From positions 4,216,001-4,280,000 of the forward strand of contig CM102290.1 of assembly GCA_046563655.1 (NCBI GenBank): 64,000 nucleotides of DNA, written 5' to 3'. Source of the DNA: Yuukianura sp. NJ FZ-2021. Taxonomy: Eukaryota. The notes under the pieces were generated by a model. The model had not been told where the DNA came from. It was given only the letters and a program-made list of their open reading frames with translations, and did not search any database. Made by a program: the position numbers and the translations under genes. This document shows, in pieces, positions 48,813 through 63,731 of this stretch (position 1 is its first letter; every line of letters begins with the position of its first letter).

Positions 48813-51349
48813 AATACTTTCCAATACAAAGTAGATTAGCGAACCTTGGGAAGGCTACAGAGAAAGCGATTTAATTAAATGCATGACCAAATGAACAATA
48901 AGTTGGAGAGAATGCTCAACTTAAGTCTAAAAAAACAAGTTTTGAATAGCCCTAACTCAGTTACCAATTAAAGTTAAAGTCAGTTAGTGCGCATTGAGTT
49001 CAGTCGATTATCAAACGAAATTCAAACGTTAGACAAAAATAAACTTGGAAACATAACCAAACGTGACTTAAATTTAATTTTATACAAAACAAAAATGAAC
49101 AATTCATTGACGATGAAACAGAATTATAAAAGAATAAATTGAAAATTATGAAGGTTAGGTGTAAAATCTATAAAGTGCATAACAAAGTAATCTTTATTTA
49201 AATTTGAAATTAAATTCCTACAAAGCAATAGCTACTTGGAATGCTAATTGTAATCAACTTCAAGGAATTATATTGTTAAAGCCACATATTTAGGAAACAA
49301 AAAATTGGAAAGTTGGGTTTGATTTGAATGAGTATGAGTCATTTTTTGGATTTCTAAAATCTACATTTTGGTAAAATTGCCCCTTGGATAAGATTTTTTT
49401 TTTCCAAATAATTTAAAATTGGAGTTTAGTTAACCTTAACCACAATGATTAAATTTCTAAAGTATCAATTGCATGTTAAATTATTTGATTATTGCTTCAC
49501 AACTGCGCATGCGCAACAACACCCTTCATTCCCACTTTCACTTGAACCAGTCACAGATTCAGAATTAAGTTAAGATGGCAGTTCGGTAGTTTTAGACACA
49601 AAACCAGCGATCTCTGCCACTTATGAAAAGCGACGAGAGGTCAATCTTTTGTTCAAATTTTGAAAAATCAAAACAAAAACTAAATTGATCTTGACATATA
49701 CTGACAAGCACTCGTACGCTAGTACATACAGGAATTGTATCTTAACGAATTCGATGTTTTGATTGCCTCTGAATAATCTTTGCAATAACAACGGAGTAAC
49801 AATTGACTCTCTGATGCATTTAAAGGTTAAACTGAACTTCCTCTAATAAACTATGTACTTAAATTCTTCATTTACAATTAATAACTTCTGAATTCAAGAA
49901 GTGTGTGTGTGCATTTAAGGTTAAATATCACAATCAAAAGAGTTTTTCTTTAGTTTAATTATTAATCGTCCTACTCAAAGTGTGGGCCGCCTTCAAATTG
50001 ATTTAGAGCAGAACACATAGACGGAGGCCTAGGAGCCTGTTTTAATAAAAGCTTTTTAGCTTAACATTTTAGCACAATCCAGAGACATTTCACTGGAACC
50101 TCAACACTTTCCCATTTTTTTAAAGTCAAATTTTTTAGAATTTTTTGAAAAACTTTTTGTTCAAATAAGACATTGGAAATTATGTGATTATGATGTTTTT
50201 TGAACGGGGAGTTTTGTTTTCTTAGGAGACCATATACGGCAACTGACACTATACCTTTTCCATTCCTATACTTTTACTTTTCCAGAAAGTGAAAGCACAC
50301 AGGTAAAAGTTATTTTTCAAAACTAAAAACAGGATCGACTTTTCAAAAACAAGATTTCAAATGAAACTGGAACAAGCTTGGAGAAACAAAAACTATAAAA
50401 ATTATGGCTGGCTTTGGATTTTTTTTTGCAATTGGAGATTAGTATTCAGTTTCATTTAAAGTTGACATGAAGAAAGACTTTCTGTTACAGTTTTTATAAA
50501 ACACTGTTCAAATTCTGGCGCACTCGGGAAGACTATTTCGTGCTTGTTTTGGTGAACAAAATAATTTTCAAAATTCGTCATAAAAAAATGAAAAACCATT
50601 GTAACGTATTTTGAAATGTTGGAGTGATTTTAAGTGAGTATAAGAAGCAAATAAAAAGTAAACAATGTGTGTAAATAAATAATTCGGTTTTACAGAAAGG
50701 AATGACTAGAGAGAAAGTTAGATCCTTCGCAATAAATTAAAGATTAGCACGTTTATGATTTGTAATTAAGTTAACTAGAACTTAAGTATTTACTGTTGTC
50801 TAACAGGTTTAACGTTTAAGTGTCAGGACCATAATCACAATCGAATATTAGCAATTCAATTTTGTCATTTTCAGAAGCGTTTTGAATTGAACAAAAGAAT
50901 CAGATGGATTTACATATACTTCAAACAAAAAAATAAAATTACAATTTTCAAATTCAGAAGAGCAACTAATAGTTATGGACCTTTTGTTGTGATTTAAAAC
51001 AAAGTCGAGCTATCTTGTTAGAATTCTTCGTTTGATGAGTTGAATTGCTTGAACTTTTGAAAGGTTTCGGAGGTGTAGCCAGGAAAGTTCTCATTTTTGA
51101 CTTTTGACATTGAATGAACTTGTTCAAACAGAATTTGAACACAAAGCACTTCCAGATGATTTCAGTTGAGAAAGCGTGCTTCTGAAGTACCAGGGTCCAG
51201 TGTTTTTTTAAACGAGTTTTTGGAAGATTTAAAAATTGTAAAGTGACAAGCTTTGATACAGAGAGATTGGATAGTGTCAAGTAGTTTGTAATTTCCTTAA
51301 AAGTTTGATTGCAGTAAAGTATCAGGTTTGCAAGTTTGATGAAGGGCCT

Positions 51350-54300
51350 TTAGCCAAAGCCCAACCAACCGGCAACAGTAGTAATCAAAATAGTTGCAAG
51401 GATGAGAAGGCATATCAAGATCATGATCTTCTTCTGCAAAAAGAAAGAGGAAAAACAAATAAGACACAGAATAGGATTAGATTTCAATCTTAGGAAAAAG
51501 AGAAAATTAGAGTGTATGCGGAGCAGGAGAAAGCAATCCTTCCGGGAACAGAGAATCCAATCCTCAACTTATTGGCCCAAATTCAAATTTTTTCTATTCT
51601 TCAAATGTCGCCGCCAAAATAGTGCTCGCTACAGGTTCTTCGGTGCCAAGAAACGTTATAGTTCTAAAAAATTTGTAGTTTTTGCCCATAATATTTCTTC
51701 GTAAGGTTTAGTCTTAATATTGTACGTAGATTTGAAAAACGCGCGTCTTGTTTGCCTGAAGCCATTCATTAAATGTTGCAGTAGGTTTTTCTACTCTTAA
51801 AAAATTGCACAACTTCCTTCACTTAATGACAAACAAAGTTTTGTAAAAATTTGAAATCAATTTGTGGTTTTGTCACTAATTATAATTAGTGTAACAATTT
51901 AAGTAGTTAGAAAACGGTCATTGGTTTTATAACAGAAACATCGGGACCACACCATACCTTGTCAGCAAATAATGTACTGTCATGCAAACCCTCGTCTGTT
52001 TCAACAGTAGTTGCAGTTTTTTGACCAAACCCACTTTCACCTTTCTCTTCTGGTAGAGAGAATGTTATTTCTGCCTGTGGTTCACCCATTTCCGTACAAA
52101 ATTAGCGTTTCCCTCAGATTGAAAGTTTTCCACCTTATGCAACGTTTATGACTCCACTAGCAATTCTAATCGTAGGATTAGAGGAAATTGGTTTAAAACA
52201 ATCGAAATCCAATTGGAACTGGCAATTTGAACGTCCGTGTTTGGCACAGAAAGTGATACACAATATTATTTTTCCAGCGATGAACAATAAAATTTTGAAA
52301 TTGTGCGGCAATTTTCTTTGTTTGGGACTAATTTTGAAAACTAGAAAATTCAGCGTATGAACCAAAACTTAGGAAGCAGCAACGACTGATGCGAGAGTGA
52401 GCGTGTGGGTTCTTAAATAGGCAACTTAAGCTTAACTTCATTTGCGTCACTGCCAACGTTTGAGCGGAAACAGTTGGTGTTTACCGCGTCTACCTAATTA
52501 GCCGGAAGGTGAGAAAAAACGGAAAGTCCAATTAGTATTAGAACTGGATAATTGACCACAGAGATCATTTTTCATAACTTTCCTCAACCGGAGATCCAGT
52601 TGCTCCTGCACCGTATTGGCTTTCGTCCAAACTTTATCTGATTCCTGGACACTTATGAACGCTCACTTAAGGACTGGTTTCAAACCTAAGTCCGTGTAGA
52701 ACCAATCATTGCGCAACAAGCTCTGATTGGCTGATTGAAAGAGGAGCTTTCGCAACTTCTGTAAGTCTCCAAATTCTAATCCATATGAGATATTGGACCA
52801 CCGACAACGATTTTTTTGTTTACAAGCGATTCCTCTCTAAATAACAAATTTTTTGGTATCTTAACATTAGGAAACGCGGAGCTAGGAGTTTCGGAATGAG
52901 GTTCTACTGTGCATAGTCAAGCCTCAACTAAAAATTTTCAAATGTGATACCGCTGTAACTGTCAGGTCAGTAAGTGTCGGCTCAAACCGATGCATGTCAC
53001 CCCGTAAGTGTTTGGTTATGGTCTCTCTACTCGAAGATTAAGATCACTGTTGGCAGGATCGAGACAAGACTTGATGATATCGTATTATGTTGACGTCGAA
53101 ATATTCGTGTGAAATGAATACGATTCCAATGTGGTTTCTACATGTAAAGTGTAGTATAGACAGTATAGGTCCAAGTCCACTGAGAGGCACTAGTAGTGTC
53201 CAGTAGTCCGTTTTGGACAGGGTAATTGTGTTGGGAAGGGAGGGATGGACTGGAGAGTTTCTTGTAATTAATTGGTTCAAGAGAAAGGCCAGTGTGTCTC
53301 CATTGACTTTCTCCATCCATTCCCAAGTCCCATTTCCACACATTCTCTTGTATCCATTCTGTCCACTTCACAAGACCTCAATTATGTCTCTTCGCGACAG
53401 ACGGAAGTTCATGTTTGCTTAAACTTTTTACTTTTGGACATCTTCCTAAACTAATGGAACCAAAATAGAAATGAACACTTTCAGCACTAAGCATCGGGTT
53501 ACATTCGGCTACGTCCACACATTAATCGATCCAAAAGTCAAAACTTATCAATTAGCAAAGATGTCAGTCGACATTTATTACCGAAACAGCCGTCGTCACT
53601 CCAAAGTCGTAAACATCCGTTTTCGTTAATGTTACAGTGGAGTAGTCAACATTTCGGTAGTAAACATAAAACTAAAGCTAGCGATAGCATATACGTGAAA
53701 CGCATTAAGCATGTAAATTAAAATCACATGCTCAGGAATTGAATTCTGTTAAAATCTATTAAAAAAAGATGAAAAACTGGGCAAAAAATTATACAAAAAG
53801 GGAAAGTCATTCGAAAATTTTGGACTTTACGCAAACGCAGTTTCGACTGCTCTTGTTTCACATGCAGTAGTTGGGTTTCGCACAAACTCCAGAGCATTGG
53901 CTCCACTAGTTTGGTGACCTTGAGACTGGTTTTTGTTAGTTTCGTTAGCGTGATCACCTGAACACGTCAGACGAAACCTAACCTGAAAGTTCCCAAACGA
54001 AGTGAACTGATCTGGAAATGAAAAGACAGCTCTGGCGGAGGCTGGTGGAAGATCATGTTTGGAGAGAATTGAGTGAGACGCCTTGTTTTATTTTTGGAAC
54101 GGAGTCTCCCCTGCAGGAACTTTCCCAGCAGTTCCGGTGGGAAGTTGGAGTCGGTGGCGGTGGAAGTCTGTTCAGGAAAACCCACCTGACAAGAATCTTA
54201 AACAAAGTGACGGCTTCCTTAAAAGCTAATGTCAATTCCCTAACAAGTCTCTTACCCCTAAACACACCCATCACCCAACAAATCTCTCGGATTCTGGACC

Positions 54301-57300
54301 ATCATCGCTGTTCCTTCAGCCATGCCAATGCCAAACCTAGTGTGCCTTCCTCAACAAACCTACTCCCTCTTGCCTTCTTATTCGGAGTCATCCGACTTGG
54401 AACCTCTGCACGAACCAACCTCTCGATCGAAGATAATAGAGCGCCGACAACTTCCAAAGAAACAGAATAGAAGCAGCGCCCCTTTCTTTTTTTCGTCCAA
54501 AGTTGGCAAGGAACACCGTGCCGCTGTTCCCTTTCCTTTTCATTTCATTTAATTAAAAGCTATTCTGACAGCGCCCAACACCGCCTTTCTCCCGCTTTCA
54601 CCCTATTTTTCAAAGACTCAGAGTATGGCCTAATGTTTAGGAAAAAATGAGCATCACTTTTTGTAGCCTATCATCACTTATTTACGAGATTGACTCCATG
54701 TATTTAGTATTTATTAGCAACCTACCTCAGTGGAGCTCTGCAAGGTTCAAAGGCACACGGCGCGAGATGGCTGTTCTGCGCAGAAACCGCGACGGGGCGT
54801 GAATTAATTTATAGACTCGACAGTTTGCGAAGTTTAATTCTAAACAGGGAGTTTATTTTTCTTAGGGAACAAAAGGGAAATGGCACTGCGTTAACGTCGG
54901 CGTAACTTTCACTTTGTGGATGTGATTGCCACTTCCCTTGTCATATTTGCACTTAAAGCAATTGTTCATTCTCTGAACATCCTGTCAAGTTTTTCGGGTT
55001 CTAAATTCTGGCGTCCGCAGAGTCCCCGGCAGGAGGAAGGAAAGGAAGGATTTTGAAAGGAACAAAGTGAAAGTCAACCTCAAATTAAAAATAACCGCAC
55101 GTACTTTTTTGAGTATTCAGAACAAAAGGGAAAGTTGGTAAATATTTGGACTGTGGCTCAAAAGTTTTACAGAATTGTCTTTTTAAAATTTACATTTTCT
55201 TTGAAAAAAAAAAGTTTACTTTCTTTTCATTTTTACCGTAATATTTTTCAAAAAGAAGCTTGAAATGAACATAATAGATAGGTACATAGGTAGTCATTGT
55301 GGTATTTTAGTTGTAGTGGTGGAACACATGTTGTATATAGGTGGAAAAAAAATGTTGGTCTTTCTTCGTGATGTACAACAACTGATGAAAAATTTAACAA
55401 AAAAGTAGAAATTTTGGTAAAAGTTTCGGTAAGAATTTGGATTTGTTGCGTAAAGTAGCTTATAACAAGCATAGAGGCATGCGGAGAAAGGGAGCGGCAT
55501 GGCATTCCTACGTATTTTTTTTTGCAATTTGGTGGATGTATAACCTTCTCTTCGGAAGTTCATTCCAAATATTAGTAACGTGCCGTGCGTGACATTTTCT
55601 ATCGATTTGTTGTGCCTTCCTTGGTTATTAAGCAAACGAAGAGTATGTGAGCTGCACAGAAACAAAAGTTTCCAACTTCCAAATGTTCATCTGACTCCGC
55701 CTTACTCCCATTCCTAAGCCCATGAAACACTGTCATGTCCCTCAAGTCGCTAATGGACTTGGAAACAAAGGGTTCTTGGGCATGTCAACCTAAGCTAACC
55801 AAGACACAGGTCAAGAGCCTTTTCCATGCTTTAAACAAACAATACATCCACTCCCGCTGTTCAAAAGTCATGTCTCCATTGTTTCTCTAAATCACAACAT
55901 TCAGACTAACAAATGCAAAATCTACAGCTTTTGCTAAAAACTTAGCAATTGCTAGAGATCCACTCTCAGTCGCAGCAAATTCTCATCAGGTCATCAAAGT
56001 TGCAAAATCTTCTCCAATTGCAAAAAAGGTGCAAACTAAATTTTAAAATGAAGTATATGAAAACAATTTTTATGCTGAAGAACTTTTTCTTGTTGAAAGT
56101 AAGTGATCAAAATACTGTTTTTAAGTCACAGTTGAGCATCATATCATATGTAGGGATAGTATGGACTGGAATGGATGGGTCTAAATACTTTCTTGAGAAG
56201 ACGTTGTTTTGAAGCTGAAAGCAAAGGAAGCAATTAAGGAAGTCAAAGGCTGTTGTGATTGGCTTAGAGGCTGAAGATGATGGGAAGACGAAAGAGAAAA
56301 TGGTGTGGCGGAGCCGTTTGCCTCAACGGTGTCACTAAAACTCCGCTCGTGGACTGAAGCGATTAATTCCTACAAGAAAAAACTGGACATGACAGGCAAA
56401 TGCTTGTTCTAAGCACTTCTTTCTATGTGTACGAAACAGGAAATGGACGTTAGAAGACATGTTAAATGGAAAAGCAGCCAAGGTTATCGTTACAGTGTTC
56501 GACCCAACTCACCAGAACAAGACGCAATGTTCCACAATATTTAGGTGGATTCTAGAAGTTGTGGAATGGGACGTAGCAGTTACTTGCGGGACTTAAAACA
56601 TAACTCCAGCTACTGCGGTCGAGCTCTAGCCTGATTCGCATTCCTCCTCAGAGACAGTTAGCAATGTTAGGCAAAAGAAACGACAAGCCACTGCTGCTTT
56701 TCCAGGACCTAGAATGTAAGCTGGAGCTGGAAAAAAGGTTAAGAGGTTCTTTGTCCAAGGATGATGAGTAGCAGTAAAAGTTTTGGAGGCCACATAAAAC
56801 GGGGAAAGCGGCAGAAACCATAACGCGGAAGGAGACGCCGCGGCGGTGACGAAGGTTGATGGCTGAAAGTGGTCGTGTATGGTTTCTACTACTTTTTAGA
56901 GAAAAAGCTTGTTTCTGCACACGAGCCCAACAGACCTGCCTAACCTATCATAGCCCCTCGCTTTGTAAATTAGAAAAGAGTAGGCAGAGAAAGCATTTTT
57001 CTAATCAGGAATTTTAGGAATTTGCATGGCCGAGTACTACTGTGTGGAGAGTACTTCAACTAAAACCTTGGACATGGAGAGGGAAGAGAGTAAGGTTTTA
57101 GGAAATAGCAAATGAAATGGAGTCATGGGCCTCCATCAGTAAATTATTAAAGGTTTCTGGAATGACGCATCTATACAAAACTCAATTAAACGTTAAACAT
57201 TCAAAAAAAAAACATCAAGTTAATATCAAGTGAAAGTGAATCTTTCTAAAAAAGGAGTTTGAAAAGAACGTAGGCTGGCTACTACATGAGATTACGTGCC

Positions 57301-60300
57301 AATGCCAAAGCTAAAAATGATGCATTCCCTTGACTCCTGTGTGCCTTCCTGCTTCCCGATTGGAACTTCTGTGGTGGTCTGGGCAACGAGCGAATTGGAA
57401 TCCGCACGGTGGGATGAATCAAAATCGAAAATAGGGCGAAAGAATTCAATCGGCGTGTCTTCGGTGGGGAAGCAAGGTTAGGTTTAGTAGGTTTTAGAAG
57501 TGAAAAGCTAACACCAACACTCCAGGACCACCCGATCCAGCCTTCCTCGCCCGTCGTAGTGATTTTCTAGTGAGGGAATTGCTTTTTTCCAAAGGATTTC
57601 CCTGAGGAGAAAGCATTTTGGACTATTTTTATGTTCCACTTCTAATAACTCTCCATCTCTAACGTCCTTTTTCTTCAACCGGTTTGGCCAGACCTTCAAT
57701 TTCCAACCTCTCCTATTATTATCCCCTTCAAAAGGTTGGTCTTTTACTATTTACAATCCAGACAGGGGCCAACTTTCACTCAAAATCCAAATTCTTAAGC
57801 TGAAGGAGGCCATTTCGGGTAATAGGGACGACTCAAGCGATTGGATCTCACATCTTCCCAGATTCTTTTCAAATATTAGCCAAAAAACGAAGAAAGACTA
57901 AATCCTAACCCAACTCTCTCAAAAAACTTGGCCCATCGTCGCTTTCACCTAAAATTCTTATTTTCCTGAATGGGGTACTGTATTATTAAAATTTGGAATT
58001 GGGCGTAATCCGGTAACCAATTCGAGGAACGTTAGTTAGAAAAGAGGGTTGAAGGAGGATACACTTTTTAGTTGTAGGAGAAAGCAAGTTCCGCATTTTA
58101 GGGAAGACTATGGAGCTGCTAGTTGGAGGACTATAGGCCCGAAGGCTGGTCTTGGTGGCTGTAGCATGCTAAGTTTTATTGATCTGCCCACTAAACTACT
58201 TGCCTTTACTCACTTCTAACTGGAAGGCTTCGCAGACGTAGGCTAGGCACTGCACCACCACATACTACTTCCAGAACCCTTTTCACTTTCTTCCTGGACA
58301 AACTGTATACGCTTCCTCCAGTTTCGCGGAGACTTAAGCGTAGTCGCCTATTTTTATTTCCTTGGGACACAAATAACCCATCCTGCTCCAAATGTCTCTC
58401 TCCAGTTATAACTTTCTTCCAGCTAAACTCCAGCTACTACCACCACCCTTGCCAAGCCTATAACCTAGGTGAGGTGCCTCCAAAGAAAGGCTTTTCTAAT
58501 GTCCAACTAAAACATTGCTGCTTCACACCATACAGCCCCTCCCCCAGACATCTCCAGCACCAGCCATCCTCAGGCGCTCAAGTGGAGACGCTTCATGTTC
58601 GCCGGAGGCTCAATTTCAGTGCTGGAAAGTCCTCCAAAGTCGTATTACCCACTAAAGACTATCATTTTTCGTCCATTTCTACTGGAGTTTCTGCAAATCA
58701 TGGCAGCGTCATGATTGTTGTGACGTAGGAAAGACCTTTCACTTTTGTCAGTCTTCAGTTCACACAACGTTAAACAGAGCGACCAGTCTTTTGATTTTCA
58801 AAGGAGGTCAACATATCCGTCATTTTCAGAAAAAAAATCTCCCTTCAATGCAGATCAAACGAAAATTCTGAAGCTTTTACCTCAACCTTTTACCAAACAT
58901 TAGTTTACATATTCTGAAGGTAAAATGAAAGAATGGGCAGAAGCGAAACGATTCATATTGATGTTTTAAAATAAAACTTGACCCAGCCTTTGTGCAGAAA
59001 AAAAAATGGTCATAAGTTCAACCATTGAAAAAAACGGAGAAAACTGTACTGATAGAATATACAACATACACAAAATATAATATTTTCAAAATTTAGCGAA
59101 GACGTTTTAAGAAAAACAAGGCATTCTCTTTATAAAAAAAAAATTACAAATCAATCAACTAAGAACAAAAAATTTGTTATCTTTGACATCTCCCCATATA
59201 AATAATTCACAACCGTTTTAAGCTTTTTTTGTGCTTTTTCTTTCAAACGAAAACATTTTTACTAAATTCATATTTTGAAAAATGAGAAATTATGAATAAT
59301 GAAATGAAAAATTAAAACGTTTGACTCAATTGGAAACATCTTGTTTCTTGTAACGAGATTGTGGTTTTAATGTTTTCTTTGTGCTGAAATTTAAAAGTAA
59401 ATAGAGAAAATGTGACTGAAGCAAGTGTTGTCAAAAGTCTGAATGTGAATGGTTTTTTGTCAAAGCGTTCAAAGCTGCCTCTAGACTTGCAAGGAATCGT
59501 GAAAGTCAAGAAAGTCTCATCAGGAAGAAAGGAAAGTCAGGAACTTAGACATAGAAGAAACTTCGTCTTGGCTCATGGACTCTGTATTTGTGTGCTTAGG
59601 ACTAATTTGTCGGCTGATTCTAATGAATATGGCGGAAGTAAGGCTTCCAGGAAATGACATGGCTACGTCCCTCTGCCACGTAAAACCGCCCTTACTGTCG
59701 TACAAAAAGTTCTAACATTTCAAATTACCATGATCAAATTGGTTTCGAACCTTAGTTTTATGTAGGCCATTTAGTCATTCTTCGTTCCGCCCTTTTGACT
59801 TCCAACTGTCAATTTAAAAATTTTCACTTTCTTCAAATTCAATATAACCTCACATGCTGTTCGAACAACTCAATTCAACTTTTCTCCATACTTTTACTTG
59901 AAAATAATCAATAACAGTTGGAGCAGGATGATCTATCAAACACGACTTTTCTCCTCCCAATTCCAAAAGGAGGTTCGTGCTTGACCTTGTGCCGAAAGTG
60001 TTCCAAATGGCAGAGCAAAGAAATGGAAGCAGACTGTCTAGCTATTTGGTGTTTACTTTGTCCTGAAGTGGACTTCCAGGACCGTTCAATTTGACAAAAG
60101 ATTTCGCATCATCAGTTCCGCAGAGTCAGCTTACGGACAAAGTCCGACGAATGGTGAAATCATTTCTATACGAAGACGAGTCGAAAAAAGGAAAAAAGAA
60201 AAGGCAGAATCCAAAGTTTACACAACAAATAGCAGTGCCAATGCGAATAGTTTCTGCTTCTGCTGGATCTCTATTCCACTTAACCTTTCCTCCAAAACAA

Positions 60301-63300
60301 ACGTCACAATTCGCCCAATTCCTTTTTCCTTATCCCGTTCAAAATCTGTTTAGGTCAGGCATTCAATGTCAAACACAAGTCGGTTTTGGAAAAAAAATCC
60401 ATCGATTTCAAGAAACTTATGAAAAGGACTTTATAAAGTCTCATGAGGTCAAGCTTAGCATTTCATCTAAGCATAAGTCTTTAATACTCAAGGAATTTGA
60501 AGTTTCAGAAAAATCTGGATTGTCAAAATTTGGTAGAAACTTGCTAGAACTCCATCGCTCCGAATGAATTGTTCCGAATAAATTGTAACGAAAGCAATTG
60601 CTCCGAAGGGTAAATTGCTCAAAAAAAAAAAACACATTGCTCAGAAACTAAAGAAACAATTAAGGCGCTTAGAGTTAACTAGGCTAGGTTTGGTTAACCC
60701 AACAATCATGAGATTACACTTACACTTTGTTTAGTCATCTCTACAAGGTTAGGTAACGTAAGTAAATAATACTATTTTCGGAGCAATTGGTTTCATGGCA
60801 ATTGGTTCGCAACAATGGAATGAAGAAGTGTATAACCTTGAACTATAACTTAAACTTACAAATTGAAATTATAGTAAACCAAAAAATTTAGGTGGAGAGG
60901 AACTGTTGTAGCAAGCACATTACTTGAACGAAAGTTACTACAAGATTTGCCTCCCACAACATTGTTTAGGTGGCTCAAACAGGTAGGTGGAACAAGGAAA
61001 CCGTGTTCGTGGTAATCTCAAAACCACTGTGAACAAATTTTTAAAATGCTCCAAGGAGAAAACTGGGTGGAACAGGGCGGGGAGAAAGTTCAAAACGAAC
61101 AAAATGAAAACTGGAGCTGACATTACAATCACTCCAAGTCCTACATAGCCTTGGGAAGAAAAATTTAGGATAGAAAGTGGCTTCAAAAGCCAGTTTTTTC
61201 TATTTTTGAAAGTTGCTTTTGAATAGCATAAAAGTTTGGGTTTCGCCATCTTTTAGTAGTAAGTAGTCCAAAGTGTTCAGAATGAAATTGAAGTTACAAC
61301 ACTTCAGTTGTTCTTAACCTCAAATTGCTCCAAATCTGTTCCGAAATCTCTCAAGTTTTTTCTGCATTACGAACCGCTTTGGAAAATTGAATTTCCTCTT
61401 AAGTGAAGGACGGACTCTCTGTTGTCAATAGAGGAACGGGACACTTGATGGCAATTAATAGTGAGTTATAGATTAGTTGTACATTTCCGAACTTACCCGC
61501 CTCGCTTTACTTTGGTATTTGAGAGCTTTCTTAGTATCTTGCGTGGCCGTTTGGACATAATCCACTGCATGTTCCACATGGTACTCAATCCGGTCAATCA
61601 TCTCGCCCTTTGAAATCAAAAGAAAAAGAATGAGCAGACGACCACTACCACCATTGACTCTATTCAGAAATGGATCTCTGTCGACGTCAAAAGGAGGATC
61701 CATTAGCCCTTAAGTGCATTTCATCCGAAGGTAGTGACGGGCACCCCACTGCCCATTTACTCTTAGGCTTAACCTTAACCCTAGTTCCATTCCTCCTCCA
61801 AACTTACGCAATGCTTTCTCCACTGCAAGGTGTCTTACCTGACTTTCTACAAGCATGGCCATGTCCATGAACATGTCATGAAGCTCTCGAATGGAATTTT
61901 CTAGCTTAATAATATCGGCATGACGGGCTTCAATATCCGCCAGTGTCTGACGAGCCTGTTGAGTTTCGATAATAATCTGAAAGTAGGCAGAAGAAAAGAG
62001 AAAGGTGAGAAAAGTTTCACCTCCGGCTGTTGTCCAGGACACGCCGAAGTGTCACAACACTTTACAAAGGAAAATGATTAATCAGACGAGGTTTGCTATA
62101 ACCTAACCTAGGGCTCAACCCTTAACAATTCTGTGAAAGCGAAAATGTAGAACAGTGTTACCCCTTGAGTAAATACGGCAGGATTTCCTTGCTCAATCAT
62201 TTCCTCCAATTCTTCATCGGTTGTAGTTCTTCCGGCTAAAAACATGACAGAAACATTTTCTTCAAAAATCGGAGTAACAAAACATTTTTTTAAATTCATC
62301 TTTAGCTTCTAACTAGGAATACAAAAGCGAGGAAAACTTTTGACCTAGTTTCTTTTGTAAAATTTTGATTAAAAAAACTTCGAATAAAACAACCTAACAG
62401 AAAATTGCGAGTGGTTTTTCTCTTTTTCCAAAAAATTAGTTGACTAACTTACTGATTTCGAGTTGACGCTGTATTCTTCCTTTACATCGCTCTCTGTAGT
62501 CCGTTTGAGTTCTATTATATTCTGTCATCACTTCTACAAACTTCCTGGAGAGTGTTGAATGCTGAGTTTTTCTTATTCTGAGATCTGCCGATGATTTATT
62601 CGTATGCTCATCTTGCTCAATATTTTGCTCAATTACTGCAAAACCAGCCAACCGTTTTTTTAAACCAGTTCAAACTTTTATTTCTCCAGAAAACCTGAAA
62701 CCCTTCAAGCTTTCCTTGAAGTAGATTTGAAGTCTCCGAACTTTTTTTTCCATGTCTTTTGTATCTTACCTTTGAGTTTGGAACGAACTTGATTTGCTGT
62801 CTTTTTTATTTGCGCCATCAAATCCTCCAGTTCCTGTTTCATTTCTAGCCAAAAGAAGAACAAAATTACAAGCGTCAGCCACTTTCTGGATTCGATGAAA
62901 CGATCCTTCAGATCTCCTCAACACAAATTGGACTTTCAACGCTAACAGTGAAAGGTTTGCCAAATGTTTCACTTTCTTTTGAACTTTGTTAGAGTAGATC
63001 AGGTTAGGTTTTGTGAGCACAGATATGAAATTTCAACTCATGTCGTGTTGTATTGTAAGGTTTTAAAGGTAATTTCTTTAGACAAATTTTAATAAAAGGC
63101 GCAAAAATTTGGATGATGAAATGCAGTATTTCCTGCATAGAATAAATTCTCGCAGACACATATTCATAGACTGCCCCTCGTTTACTGCTAAAAGTGCTAC
63201 GATGTTTTTCAAATGACGTTGGGAAACATTCAAAGTTGTTTGGAAAACAGCAGAACCAAAAAACTACTCCTAAAAATGTTCCCAAAGTACTTCAACTATG

Positions 63301-63731
63301 ATGTTTAATTTCATTTCTCTTTGACTTTGATTGGTTGTGTACTTTGGACACATCAAAGGATGGGGTGGTTTGGAGATCTGCGAAGATTAAGCTAGGTTTA
63401 AAGGATTTGAGGGCCTTGAACGGACGTTTCCTTGATGTCACTACTTTTATTTTTACCATACATTCCTCATATCGCCAAAACAATAAACAATATTGACACA
63501 AGGAACGATGAAATTGGAAGAAGCGTCGAGTTGTCATGCATGAAAGGCCTTACGGCATATTCCAAGAAAGTGAAAGTCGAATGTGAAAAATTGCGCACGA
63601 AAAAAGTGAACGTGAAAAAGTCGGGACTTACTCTCGTCCGTAGTTGGGGCAGAGAGAATGGCACTATGCTTCTTCTTGACTTCTTCCACATTATTCTGTA
63701 TCTTGTCTATCATTCCCCGTATCTCCTCCAC
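51350..63731 (-). CDS. Syx1A: Syntaxin-1A (t-SNARE), 3' part; 5' exons lie beyond right edge
   Basis: Exons 63731-63632, 62844-62770, 62635-62453, 62235-62162, 61976-61839 and 61607-61497 encode [26 protein letters not shown]...[21 protein letters not shown]...[34 protein letters not shown]...YQSKARR. The TM terminal exon 51433-51350 encodes [27 protein letters not shown] after a strong acceptor. Confidence 0.96.
60549..60820. mobile_element. Degenerate foldback-like MITE in the last syntaxin intron
   Basis: The left arm has repeated aattgctccgaa-like units (60553-60607) and the right arm has their reverse complement (60777-60820, ttcggagcaattg...). Internal taggctaggtttggtt / ggttaggt tracts. 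No TSD seen. Confidence 0.5.

Noticed and set aside
54018..54470. 150-aa plus-strand ORF (and overlapping minus ORFs) in the syntaxin intron
   Set aside because: No recognisable motifs or convincing splice context. A nested gene cannot be supported without expression data.
58100..58470. Possible long inverted complementarity in the syntaxin intron
   Set aside because: Similarity between the arms is weak and patchy, so it is not supportable by eye.
60938..61249. Hydrophobic ORF that could be an alternative syntaxin TM exon
   Set aside because: I found no convincing acceptor putting the hydrophobic frame in phase after ...KARR, and it lacks the KK-I-M-I start seen at 51433.
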